The notes beneath the pieces are model-generated. The model saw only the letters and a list, made by a program, of their open reading frames with translations, was not told the DNA's origin and searched no databases. A stretch of DNA of 37,551 nucleotides from Chloroflexota bacterium (lineage in GTDB: Bacteria > Chloroflexota > Anaerolineae > Anaerolineales > RBG-16-64-43), in NCBI GenBank assembly GCA_026389925.1, contig JAPLGX010000171.1:1-37551 (forward strand), read 5' to 3'. Position 1 is the first letter of the stretch. Each line of letters opens with the position of its first letter. This document shows, in pieces, positions 1 through 9,143 of the stretch. The position numbers and the translations under genes were made by a program.

Positions 1-80
1 CATGTCAATCACCCGTCTCCACAAGATCTTGGCCCTGCATATGCAGGGCCAAGATCTTGTGGAGACGGGTGATTGACATG
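1..80. repeat. Perfect 80-bp palindrome with no spacer, centred on TGCAT|ATGCA at 40/41
   Basis: Bases 41-80 are the exact reverse complement of bases 1-40. Each arm contains a nested palindrome CAAGATCTTG. It may extend beyond the window start. Confidence 0.97.
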
Positions 81-155
81 GGATACGGCGGATTGTAGAG
101 TCGGCGCACAGGCCAACTGGCGTCGGGCGCAGCGCCTCAGCCTCAAGGAGACACA

Positions 156-749
156 GTGACCGTTGCACGCAAACAAACAGGAACGGTGACCTTTCGCCCG
201 GTCACTCCTTCGCGCTGGAAAGACTTGGAAACCCTGTTCGGCGAGCGCGGCGCCTGCGGCGGGTGCTGGTGCATGTGGTGGCGCATGCCGCGGTCGGAAT
301 TCGATGCCAAGCGAGGGGCGGGCACCAAGCGTGCGCTCAAGGCGCTGGTGACCCGCGGCAAAGTCCCGGGCCTGCTCGCCTATGTCGATGGCGTCCCGGC
401 CGCATGGTGCTGCATCGCGCCGCGCCGGCATTTTCCGGCGCTCGATCGATCGCGAATCCTCGCACCCCTGGACGACGCCGTGGTGTGGTCGGTTGTGTGT
501 TTCTTCGTGGCTCGGCCGTTTCGCCGACAGGGCCTGACCGCCAAGGTGCTGGCTGCTGCCGTGGACTACGCTCACCGGCGCGGCGCGCGCGTGGTTGAGG
601 GCTACCCCACCGATCCTCGCGGCAAACCATCGCCCGACCCGTTCGTCTTCACCGGATTGCTCTCTGCATTCGAGCGTGCGGGGTTTGTGGAGGTCGCGCG
701 CCGCTCACCCACCCGGCCGATCATGCGGCACGTTGCCAAGGGCAACTGA
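156..749 (+). CDS. GNAT family N-acetyltransferase
   Basis: GTG start with AAGGAG at 145-150; acetyl-CoA motif FFVARPFRRQGLT; N-terminal CWCMWWR and C-terminal VEGYP...FERAGF typical of this subfamily. Confidence 0.88.
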   Translation: MTVARKQTGTVTFRPVTPSRWKDLETLFGERGACGGCWCMWWRMPRSEFDAKRGAGTKRALKALVTRGKVPGLLAYVDGVPAAWCCIAPRRHFPALDRSRILAPLDDAVVWSVVCFFVARPFRRQGLTAKVLAAAVDYAHRRGARVVEGYPTDPRGKPSPDPFVFTGLLSAFERAGFVEVARRSPTRPIMRHVAKGN

Positions 750-776
750 TCCTATACAGCCAAGAGCGCAGCACTC

Positions 777-883
777 TCACCACGGAGAACACAGAGTCCA
801 CAGAGACATGTGTGGCATGGTCTAGAGCCATGACGTGCTGGAGGCTGTGATGGTCTCCATGGTCTCGTCGTCCTTTGTGGTGA
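777..883. repeat. Imperfect inverted-repeat element (TCACCAC..AGAG arms)
   Basis: Left arm TCACCACGGAGAACACAGAGTCCACAGAGAC versus reverse complement of right arm TCACCACAAAGGACGACGAGACCATGGAGAC; lies between convergent genes. Confidence 0.65.
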
Positions 884-1073
884 AATCGAAGACCAGACCG
901 AGAGAAGCCGCGCGCGGTTCACGCGCATGCCTTTTCCGTTCCCGCGCCGGGCCGGCTCGCGGTGAACACCAACCAGCTGCAGCATCTTGTGCTGCATGGG
1001 AGGGGCGGGCACGGCCGCCAAACGACTGCTGCGCCCGCCTCTCCCAAGATCAGATCGTTCTGGCCGATCTCGC

Positions 1074-2648
1074 TCAGTCGATGTACGGCGCGTAGCATTC
1101 CCGCTCGCGGCCGTTGACCTCGACGTAGCGCAGGCCGTCGCGCTCGTAGGTGCGGTAGGCCGCCAGCGCCTGCGCCTCCGATTGCATCAGCCGCTGCGCT
1201 CGCCATGCCGCGATCGTAAGCGACGGCCAGGGCCGCGTGCGCTCATCGCGTGCGTCGAATGCGGCGCGGCAGGCGAGCACCCCGCCCAGCTCCGCCTGCA
1301 CCTCGCCCGACAGGCTGCGCTGCAAATTCACGAGCGCCGGCACGGAATCATCCGAGAGGCTGGCTAGGTAGCCCGTATCGAGATCTTCGCCGGCCAGCGC
1401 GCGTGCGACGTTCTGGCGAACGATGAACCCATCCACGTTGAGCGCCGCGAGCGAAAGGGCAAAGCCCAAGGCCGCCACAAGAGTCACCAAGGCGAACGCT
1501 CGCAATCGCTGCATGAAATCCAGCGCCAGCAGCGCGGCCAGCCACGCCCCAAGCCAAATGATAAAGACGTGGGTGTACGTGCGCAGGCGCGAGAAGCCAT
1601 AAGCCGTTTCGTAAAGCTGCAGGCGCAAGTAAGCCGAGACCAGGATGACGATGACTAGCAACACCAGCCCGGCGCCGAAGGCCAAGAACAGGCGCTGCTC
1701 ACGCCGCTCGCCGCGCCGCGTGAGGCTGGTCAGGCCAAGGAACAACAGCTGGCTGAGCACCGCCACCGCCACGAGTTCGCCGAAGCCGCGCCGGGCATAT
1801 TCCGAGTAAGTGAATCCCTCGGCGGTGATGTTAGCCTGGCCGCCGAACAAGTAGCGGAACTGAATGGCGACGAAGGCTGCAAAGAGCAAGTCGACGCTGG
1901 CGAGAACAATGCCCGCCTCGGTGAAACCGAGGAAGCGCGGCAGCCACGGCTTGTCGACCCCGATCAACTTGTGCTCGCGGCTTGAGAACAGCGCGTAGAC
2001 GAACACACCGACGAGCAGAAAAGTGCCGACGAGGATATAGGCCAGGCGGAAGATGTACTCGGGCAGGTTCTCGATGCGCAGGAACTTGAGCACCTGTTCC
2101 AGCCGGTTCGAGAACACCGGGTCCGCCGATGCCAAGAGTGCCGCGAACACGGCCAGGATGGGCAACGCGAGCAACAGACCACGTACTACCGCCCAGCCGC
2201 GCGGTGCACCTCGGCGGGGTTCGCCTGCGCTCACCGGCTGCGCCGGGCCTACCTGCCAGAAGCGAATCGGCCCGGCCAGCGTGTTGAGCGCGAGGCGCAC
2301 TGCGCCCACCGCGTAATCGCTGACGCTGAAGCGCCACCAGGTTCCGGCGGTGAAAGAGTAAGCCAGCACGGCCATCAACCCAACGGTGGTGGCCATGCTC
2401 AGGAAGAGAGTCGTCGACTCGGCTCGCAGAAAGGTCAGCGAGGCAAAGACCAGAATCAGCGCGAGGAGCACCAGGTTGATCGGCGCCATGCGCACCCGCT
2501 CGCGCCACGCAAGCAGCAATCCACCGCCCAGACAGAGCAGGGCGAAGATGGCAAATGAAACGCCCGGGGCCTTCTTCCAGAAGAGCAGGTCGAAAGACCA
2601 GGCCACGACCAAAGCGGTGATCCAAAAGCGGTTGGGCGATGTGCTCAT
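1074..2648 (-). CDS. DUF4153/DUF4173-type multi-pass membrane protein (524 aa)
   Basis: Start MSTSPNRFW at 2648 with GAGGAG upstream; many TM segments; family motifs LLASADPVF, TYSEYARRGFGEL, RLQLYETAYGFSRLR, DTGYLASLSDD. Confidence 0.85.
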   Translation of the reverse strand: MSTSPNRFWITALVVAWSFDLLFWKKAPGVSFAIFALLCLGGGLLLAWRERVRMAPINLVLLALILVFASLTFLRAESTTLFLSMATTVGLMAVLAYSFTAGTWWRFSVSDYAVGAVRLALNTLAGPIRFWQVGPAQPVSAGEPRRGAPRGWAVVRGLLLALPILAVFAALLASADPVFSNRLEQVLKFLRIENLPEYIFRLAYILVGTFLLVGVFVYALFSSREHKLIGVDKPWLPRFLGFTEAGIVLASVDLLFAAFVAIQFRYLFGGQANITAEGFTYSEYARRGFGELVAVAVLSQLLFLGLTSLTRRGERREQRLFLAFGAGLVLLVIVILVSAYLRLQLYETAYGFSRLRTYTHVFIIWLGAWLAALLALDFMQRLRAFALVTLVAALGFALSLAALNVDGFIVRQNVARALAGEDLDTGYLASLSDDSVPALVNLQRSLSGEVQAELGGVLACRAAFDARDERTRPWPSLTIAAWRAQRLMQSEAQALAAYRTYERDGLRYVEVNGRERECYAPYID

Positions 2649-2905
2649 CCGAGCCTCCTCGACAAAGGGGTCACCGTGCCGGCAAGCACGGCGGCGCGCC
2701 CGCCCCCGATCCCGGGCGCGCTGGACCATTCTAGGGCAGCCCCAGCGCCCGATCCAGTTCTCGGCCTCCATGGATGGCGCACCCAAGTGCTTGCCGGGGG
2801 CCCTGCCCTGGGGCATCGTGTAAAATCCAAGCATCCCGCGGCATTCGCTGGCGGAATCCACATCCCCCGGCCAGGGTGAGCGCTGCTCGGGCCGACGGAG
2901 GCCGT

Positions 2906-3649
2906 ATGATTCACCTGCTGCTCGTCGAAGACAGCCCCAACCTGCGCGCGGCACTGCGCGAGGGGTTGGAACAAACCGGCGAAGTGCACGTCGTCCACGA
3001 CGGGCCCAGCGGCGAAGAGGCGCTCGAGTATTGCCTGAGCCACGAGCCGCCCTCGGCCGTGCTCATGGATGTGCAGCTGGCCGGCGCAATGAACGGTATC
3101 GAAGCCGCCGTCGCCCTGCGGCGCGAGTTTCCCCGCCTGCCGGTCGTCTTCTATTCCATCCAAGACGACGAAACTTACTATCGCGCCTTCCGCACCGCCG
3201 GCATCCTCAGCCACCATGCCTACGTGCGCAAGTCGAACTACCTCCTGCCGGCCATGATCGTGCCTCTCCTGCGAGATGCGATCGCCGGCCGAAGCTTCAT
3301 CGACCCGGAGATCGAGAGCCGGGTGGAGGAGGTACGCCACAAGGATGCCCACTCGCCGATGGCACTGCTCGAACCGACCGAACAGGTGGTGGCGCGTATG
3401 CTGGCCGAGGGGCTGAGCAACGAGCAGATTGCGGCGCGGTTGGGCTTCCGCGATAAGCGCACCATTAGCCGCATGAACGGGCAGATCTACGCCGCCTGGG
3501 GGCTCAGCCAGACGACGGTCGACGAGAAGGTGGCGCGCACGCGCGCCGCGCTCATTGTGCGCGAGGGGCGGTTGCTCATCTGGGATGAAGACGGCACGCC
3601 CCGCGCGATGGATGCGCAAGGACGCTGGGTGGCGCACAAACCCTCATGA
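2906..3649 (+). CDS. Two-component response regulator, NarL/LuxR-like (247 aa)
   Basis: ATG 2906 with GGAGG at 2897-2901; receiver motifs LLVED, VLMDVQL, MNGIEAA, YVRK; C-terminal HTH LAEGLSNEQIAARLG. Confidence 0.9.
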   Translation: MIHLLLVEDSPNLRAALREGLEQTGEVHVVHDGPSGEEALEYCLSHEPPSAVLMDVQLAGAMNGIEAAVALRREFPRLPVVFYSIQDDETYYRAFRTAGILSHHAYVRKSNYLLPAMIVPLLRDAIAGRSFIDPEIESRVEEVRHKDAHSPMALLEPTEQVVARMLAEGLSNEQIAARLGFRDKRTISRMNGQIYAAWGLSQTTVDEKVARTRAALIVREGRLLIWDEDGTPRAMDAQGRWVAHKPS

Positions 3650-5790
3650 GCGGCAACCTGCTCCTCGACGGAGCGATCCTCTCCATCTCGTTCTTCAACA
3701 CCATCGCGCTTCTTTGGCTGGCGCTCACCGTGCTGCTCAACGCGCAGCGCCGCCCGTGGGGCGTGTGGCTGATCGGCCTAGGCCTGGCGGCCGGCGCGTT
3801 CTTCTTCGTCAGCCATGGGGTCATCGCCAGCCGCGGGCTGGAGGGCGATCTCGCCGCGCGCGATACGTGGTGGCACCTGGGCTGGGCACCGGTGACCGTC
3901 GCGCCCCTGTCGTGGTACATCGCCATGCTGTGGTACTCCGGCTTCTGGGAGAAGCCCGCCGCAGAGGGTCTGGCCGCCTGGCGCGGGTTGCGCCGCTGGC
4001 ACAGCCTCGGCCTGGTGCTGGCCGGCGCCGGCTGCGCCCTCGTCCTGGTACTGCTCGTGCGCTCAAACCCGCTGCCCAACTACGCTGGTCTGAGCGAACT
4101 GCGTCTCTTGCCCGCTCTCTCGCTGGCCGGCGTGCCGCTCTTGGTGTGGACCTACGCCGGCTACATGGCGGCCTGCATTCTGCTCGCCCTCGATGCGCTG
4201 CGCCGACCGGGCCCCACCCGGCGCGTGATGGGCCAGCAGGCGCGCCACCGCGCCCGCCCGTGGTTGGTGGCCACCTCGCTCACTCTGCTCTCGGTCAGCT
4301 TGCTGGTCACCTGGGCCATGCTCGTCATCGTGCGCCACGTCGAAACACCCGGCGGCCCGCCCCAGGCGCTCGCCCTGCTCGTCGCTCGCTTCGACCTGGG
4401 CATTGCCTTTCTCCTCGGTTATGCCGTGACGCTGCTTGGCCAGGCCATCACCTCCTACGAAGTGTTCACCGGCAAAGCCCTGCCGCGCAACGTCATGCGC
4501 CGTCAGTGGTATCTCTTATTGGTGATGGGTGCCGTGTTTGCGCTCACGTTGGGTTTTGCCGTCGCCTTACGGTTGCCTTCCATCTACACTGCTTTGGCCG
4601 GGGGCGCGCTCGCGGTGGGTTTGTATGCGCTGCTCACCTGGCGCACCTTCGTCGAGCGCGAGGCGCTCATCCACCGCCTGCGGCCGTTCCTCTCCAGCCC
4701 ACGCGTCATCGAGCGCCTGCTGCATGAGGGCGCCGCCGGCTCGGCGCAGCGCGAACTGGCCGAACCGTTCCGCGCGTTGTGTCAGGAAGTGCTCGACACG
4801 CGGCAGGCCTATCTCTTCGCCGCCGGGCCGCTGGCAAGCTTCGCCGGCGAGATGTTCATCTTTCCGCCGGCCGCGACGGCCTTGCCCGCCAGCACGACGC
4901 GCGAACTTGAAGCGCAGGCGGCTGGCCTGGGGTCGAGCGCGTTGTACCTGCCGCTCGATCCGCTGCGCGCCGCCGGTTGCGAGTGGGCCATCCCCTTGTG
5001 GAGCGAGGGCAATCTGGCCGGGCTGCTGGTGCTCGGGGCGAGGACGAATGGCGCACCCTACACGCAGGAGGAATTCGAGGCGGCGCGCGCGGCGGCCGAG
5101 CGCCTGCTCGACACCCGTGCCACGGCGACGATGGCTGAGCGCCTGATGGCGTTGCAGCGCGAACGCCTCGCGGAAGTGCAGGTGATCGATCAGCGCACGC
5201 GCCAGGCCCTGCACGACGATGTCTTGCCGGAGCTGCACACCGCCATCCTGCGCCTGAGCGCACCCGCGGCCGCCTCGCCGGCCGCGGCCGAGGTGGTGCA
5301 GCTTCTGGGTGAAGCCCACCGCCGCCTGTCGCAAGTCATCCGTGAGATTCCCGTGTCGAGCATGGTGGAAGTGCGCCGCCTTGGGCTGTTCGGCGCGCTG
5401 CGCAGAGCGGCCGAGATCGAACTGGGCGATTCCTTCGCCGGGCTTGAATGGGCCATTAGCGCCGAGGCCGAAGCGCGCAGCCGCGAGCTGGCGCCGGTGG
5501 TGATCGAGGTGCTCTTCCTGGCAGCGCGCGAGGCCATGCGCAACGCGGCCCATCACGGGCGCGGCCGCGATGCCGCGCGCCCGCTCACCCTGCGTATGAC
5601 CGCCGAAGCAGGGCAGGGCCTGAGCCTGAGCATTGCCGATGACGGCGTGGGGCTGGAGGTCGCGGCCTACCCCCCTGAAGCGGGTCATGGGTTGGCGCTG
5701 CACTCGACCCTCCTGGCCATCGTCGGGGGAACGCTCGAAGTTGACTCCTCCGTAGCCGGCACATCCGTGCGGTTGCATATTCCCCGCTGA
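3646..5790 (+). CDS. Membrane sensor histidine kinase (multi-TM input, GAF-like region, HisKA_3-type core)
   Basis: ATGA overlap with the regulator; H-box ALHDDV, N-box EAMRNAAHH, G1 IADDGVG, G2 GHGL; GAF-like WAIPLWSEGNLAGLLVLG. Confidence 0.88.
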   Translation: MSGNLLLDGAILSISFFNTIALLWLALTVLLNAQRRPWGVWLIGLGLAAGAFFFVSHGVIASRGLEGDLAARDTWWHLGWAPVTVAPLSWYIAMLWYSGFWEKPAAEGLAAWRGLRRWHSLGLVLAGAGCALVLVLLVRSNPLPNYAGLSELRLLPALSLAGVPLLVWTYAGYMAACILLALDALRRPGPTRRVMGQQARHRARPWLVATSLTLLSVSLLVTWAMLVIVRHVETPGGPPQALALLVARFDLGIAFLLGYAVTLLGQAITSYEVFTGKALPRNVMRRQWYLLLVMGAVFALTLGFAVALRLPSIYTALAGGALAVGLYALLTWRTFVEREALIHRLRPFLSSPRVIERLLHEGAAGSAQRELAEPFRALCQEVLDTRQAYLFAAGPLASFAGEMFIFPPAATALPASTTRELEAQAAGLGSSALYLPLDPLRAAGCEWAIPLWSEGNLAGLLVLGARTNGAPYTQEEFEAARAAAERLLDTRATATMAERLMALQRERLAEVQVIDQRTRQALHDDVLPELHTAILRLSAPAAASPAAAEVVQLLGEAHRRLSQVIREIPVSSMVEVRRLGLFGALRRAAEIELGDSFAGLEWAISAEAEARSRELAPVVIEVLFLAAREAMRNAAHHGRGRDAARPLTLRMTAEAGQGLSLSIADDGVGLEVAAYPPEAGHGLALHSTLLAIVGGTLEVDSSVAGTSVRLHIPR

Positions 5791-5855
5791 AGCGCGGCTC
5801 GCCCGCTTGGCGTCACGCTTTTCACTGCGCCAGCGATAGCTCCCGCGAAGCGCAC

Positions 5856-5864
5856 TGCTATAAT
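5856..5864 (+). promoter_or_regulatory. Extended -10 promoter (TGcTATAAT), leaderless geometry
   Basis: TG-C-TATAAT ends 6 nt before ATG 5871; no Shine-Dalgarno in between. Confidence 0.75.
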
Positions 5865-5870
5865 CACAGC

Positions 5871-6416
5871 ATGAGCCAGCCCACGCCTTCCACCTCACCC
5901 GGCGGCACGCCGGCTTATCGCGAACTGCTGACAACCTCCGTGTTGATGGGCCTGGGGGGCTGGGCGCTCATCGCCGCGCTCGTCTTTCTCGTCACGCCCA
6001 CCCTCGGCCCGCGCTGGGCTTTCCTCTTCGCGCTCTTCATCGCCCTGGTGGGCACCTCCCTTCCGCTGCTGTGGTACCTCAACCGCCGTTTCTCGCCCGA
6101 TCCGTTCCCGAGCCCGGGCGTGCTATGGCGCGAGGCCGTGGAAGTCGGCGTATGGGGGCTGTTCCTTGTTTGGCTGCGCGTCGGGCGCTTGCTCACACCC
6201 TTTGCCGCATGGACATTGACCGGCGTCTTCTTCGCCGTGGAGCTCCTGCTGCGCCTGTATGAGCGCAGCCGCTGGGCGCCATCGGCCTCCATGAGTCCGC
6301 CCGCCGCCCCGGTGGAGACAACGTCCTCGGCCGAGGCGGCCGCGCCGCCGACGGCATCGGTAGTAACGCCTCCTTTCGTCGACGATGAGTTGGATTCGGA
6401 CGATTCGCCCGCATGA
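5871..6416 (+). CDS. Hypothetical 4-TM membrane protein with acidic, Pro/Ala-rich C-terminal tail
   Basis: Four hydrophobic segments; ATGA overlap with selA; promoter directly upstream. Confidence 0.8.
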   Translation: MSQPTPSTSPGGTPAYRELLTTSVLMGLGGWALIAALVFLVTPTLGPRWAFLFALFIALVGTSLPLLWYLNRRFSPDPFPSPGVLWREAVEVGVWGLFLVWLRVGRLLTPFAAWTLTGVFFAVELLLRLYERSRWAPSASMSPPAAPVETTSSAEAAAPPTASVVTPPFVDDELDSDDSPA

Positions 6417-7792
6417 GCCTGCGCGAGCTGCCCTCGGTTGATGTACTTCTGCAGCAGCCCCGCACGCGCCGCCTGACCGAGGCTTACGGCCGCGATCTCA
6501 CCCTGGATGCGTTGCGCAGCGCGCTGCAAGGCGCGCGCGATGCCGTGCGCGCCGGGCAGTCCGTGCCATCGGCCGAGGTGCTCCTCGAAAGCGCGCAACG
6601 CAGCCTGGCCGAGTGGACCTCTCCCAGCCTGGTGCCGGTGATCAATGCCACCGGCGTGATCCTGCACACCAACCTCGGCCGTGCGCCGCTCAGCGCCTCC
6701 GCTCTGCATGCCATGCAGCAGGTGGCGCAGGGCTACGCCACCCTCGAATACGACCTGCCCTCCGGCCAGCGCGGCGCGCGTACGACGCACGCCGAACGCT
6801 TGCTCACCCGCCTTACCGGCGCCGAAGCCGCACTGGTCGTCAACAACAACGCTGGCGCCGTGCTGCTCGCGCTCACTGCGCTCGCCAAGGGGCGCGAGGT
6901 GATCATTGCCCGCTCGCAGTTGGTCGAGATTGGCGGGGGGTTCCGCATCCCGGATGTCATGCGCCAATCGGGCGCGCGCCTGGTCGAGGTCGGCACGAGC
7001 AATCGCACGCACCCGGCCGACTTCAAAGAAGCACTCGGCGCGCGCACAGCAATGCTGCTACGCGCCCACCATTCGAATTTCCGCCTGGTCGGGTTCACAA
7101 GTGAGCCGACACTGGCCGAGATGGCGGACATTGCCGCGGCGCACCAAGTGCCACTGGTGGACGACCTGGGCTCGGGCGCGTTGCTCGATACCGCGGCCTT
7201 TGGATTGGCCCACGAACCCATGGTCCAGGAATCGCTCGCGGCCGGCGCCACGCTGGTGATGTTCTCAGGCGACAAACTCCTGGGCGGCCCGCAAGCCGGA
7301 ATCCTCGTCGGGCGCGAGGCGCTCATGGCACGCCTGCGCAAGCATCCGCTGGCGCGCGCGCTGCGCGCCGACAAACTGTGCCTGGCGGCGCTCGAAGCCA
7401 CACTTCTCCACTATGCACGCGGTGAGGCCGCTCAGGCGCTTCCCGTATGGCAGATGATTGCCGCTCCGCTCACCGCGCTGCGCATACGCGCCGAGCGCTG
7501 GGCGGCCGAGCTCGGACAGGGCCAGGCGATCGAGAGCCGCTCCACCGTGGGCGGCGGCAGCCTGCCCGAAGAAACGCTGCCCACCTGGGCGCTGGCCCTC
7601 TCGCTGCCCAAGCCGCAGACGGTGCTGGTGCGTCTGCGCCAGGCGAGCCCGCCGATCATCGCCCGCGTGGAGGAGCAGCGTGTGCTGCTCGACCCGCGCA
7701 CCGTTTTGCCGGATCAGGATGAAATGCTCCTGCGCCAGCTGGCTGAGGCGCTGGCGGTCTCCGAGGCCTCACATACAGGGAAGGTGTCATGA
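6413..7792 (+). CDS. selA: L-seryl-tRNA(Sec) selenium transferase
   Basis: LPSVD N-terminus, VINATGVILHTNLGRAPL, VNNNAGAV, LVEIGGGFRIPDVM, EVGTSNRTH, PLP lysine motif FSGDKLLGGPQAG, GGGSLP. Confidence 0.96.
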   Translation: MSLRELPSVDVLLQQPRTRRLTEAYGRDLTLDALRSALQGARDAVRAGQSVPSAEVLLESAQRSLAEWTSPSLVPVINATGVILHTNLGRAPLSASALHAMQQVAQGYATLEYDLPSGQRGARTTHAERLLTRLTGAEAALVVNNNAGAVLLALTALAKGREVIIARSQLVEIGGGFRIPDVMRQSGARLVEVGTSNRTHPADFKEALGARTAMLLRAHHSNFRLVGFTSEPTLAEMADIAAAHQVPLVDDLGSGALLDTAAFGLAHEPMVQESLAAGATLVMFSGDKLLGGPQAGILVGREALMARLRKHPLARALRADKLCLAALEATLLHYARGEAAQALPVWQMIAAPLTALRIRAERWAAELGQGQAIESRSTVGGGSLPEETLPTWALALSLPKPQTVLVRLRQASPPIIARVEEQRVLLDPRTVLPDQDEMLLRQLAEALAVSEASHTGKVS

Positions 7793-9126
7793 AATCGGAC
7801 CTCGATCGGTTAATGAGCGAACGCAACCTCGACGGCCTGTGGGTCACCGGCCCGGGATTGCACAACCCGGCCATGAGTTACTTCACCGGGCTGGCGCATC
7901 TCACCCGCGCCGACCTGGTGAAACCGCGCGGGCAAGAACCCGTGCTCTACTACTACCCGATGGAACGCGACAACGCAATAGCCACCGGCCTGCGCACCAA
8001 GAACATCAACGACTACGACCCGCTGCGCCTGCTGCGCGAGGCGCGCGGCAATCGGGCGCGCGCCATGGCCGCTCGCCTCAAGCTCAGCTTTGAAGATCTG
8101 GGCTTGCGCGGACGGGTCGGCGTTTACGGCACGGTGGATGCTGCGCTGCCGTTGGCTGTGGCGAAGGAATTGCATTCGCACATGCCCGAGGTGACGCTGG
8201 TCGGCGAGGGTGAAGACACGCTGCTCATCGCCGCGCGCGCCACGAAGGACGAGGCGGAGATCGAGCGCATCCGCCAGGTGGGGCGGGCCACGACCGCGGT
8301 CGTGGCGCGTACCGCCGAGTACCTCACCACGCGCCGCGTGCGCGGCGACACCCTCCTGCGCGAAGACGGCCAGGGGCTCACCGTACGCGACGTCAAGGCG
8401 CGCATCTCCGCCTGGTGCAGCGAGTTCGGGCTGGAGGACAGCGAAGGGGTCATCTTCGCCATCGGCCGCGACGGCGGGGTACCGCACTCCAGCGGCAAAC
8501 CGGATGACCTGATCCGCACCGGTCAGCCGATCGTCTTCGACTTTTTTCCACAGGAGAGCGGCGGGGGCTACTTTTACGACATCACCCGCACCTGGTGCCT
8601 GGATCATGCGCCGCAGGAGGTGGAAGAGCTTTACCGGCACGTGCAGGCCGCCTACCAACTGGCGCTCGACAGTTTCACGCCCGGCATGCTATGCCGCTTC
8701 GCCCAGCGCCGAGTGTGCGAGTACTTCGAAGCCCAGGGACACCCGACGTTGCTCAGCAACACCACGACCGAGGTGGGTTATGTGCATCCGCTTGGGCACG
8801 GCGTCGGGCTCAACCTTCACGAGAGCCCGGTCTTCTCTGACGTCGAGCAGAACAACGACCGTCTCGAGCCGGGCATGGTGTTCACCCTCGAGCCCGGGTT
8901 GTACTACCCAGAGCGCGGAATGGGCGTGCGCCTGGAGGACACACTGGTGATCGGCCGCGACGCGCGGATCGAGGTGCTGGCCGAGTATCCAATGGACTTG
9001 GTGCTGCCGATGCGCAAAGCCGCGCGGGCGGGGACCTCGCGCGCCAGGCCCGCCACGCGACCCTCGGCCAAGCCCGCCCGCACGAGCAAACGCGCAACCG
9101 GGCGCGCCAAACCGCGCCGCCGCTGA
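7789..9126 (+). CDS. M24 family metallopeptidase (Xaa-Pro aminopeptidase-like)
   Basis: Pita-bread metal ligands DFFP, YDITRT, HPLGHGVGLNLHESP, TLEPGLY, GVRLED; ATGA overlap with selA. Confidence 0.92.
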   Translation: MKSDLDRLMSERNLDGLWVTGPGLHNPAMSYFTGLAHLTRADLVKPRGQEPVLYYYPMERDNAIATGLRTKNINDYDPLRLLREARGNRARAMAARLKLSFEDLGLRGRVGVYGTVDAALPLAVAKELHSHMPEVTLVGEGEDTLLIAARATKDEAEIERIRQVGRATTAVVARTAEYLTTRRVRGDTLLREDGQGLTVRDVKARISAWCSEFGLEDSEGVIFAIGRDGGVPHSSGKPDDLIRTGQPIVFDFFPQESGGGYFYDITRTWCLDHAPQEVEELYRHVQAAYQLALDSFTPGMLCRFAQRRVCEYFEAQGHPTLLSNTTTEVGYVHPLGHGVGLNLHESPVFSDVEQNNDRLEPGMVFTLEPGLYYPERGMGVRLEDTLVIGRDARIEVLAEYPMDLVLPMRKAARAGTSRARPATRPSAKPARTSKRATGRAKPRRR

Positions 9127-9143
9127 TCCCGTGCGCCGAATGA

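Noticed and set aside
4-77. GTCAATCACCC...GATTGAC resembles the 5' stem of HEARO/IscB omega-RNAs
   Set aside because: No IscB/TnpB ORF follows and the match is explained by the palindrome; an Rfam scan would settle it.
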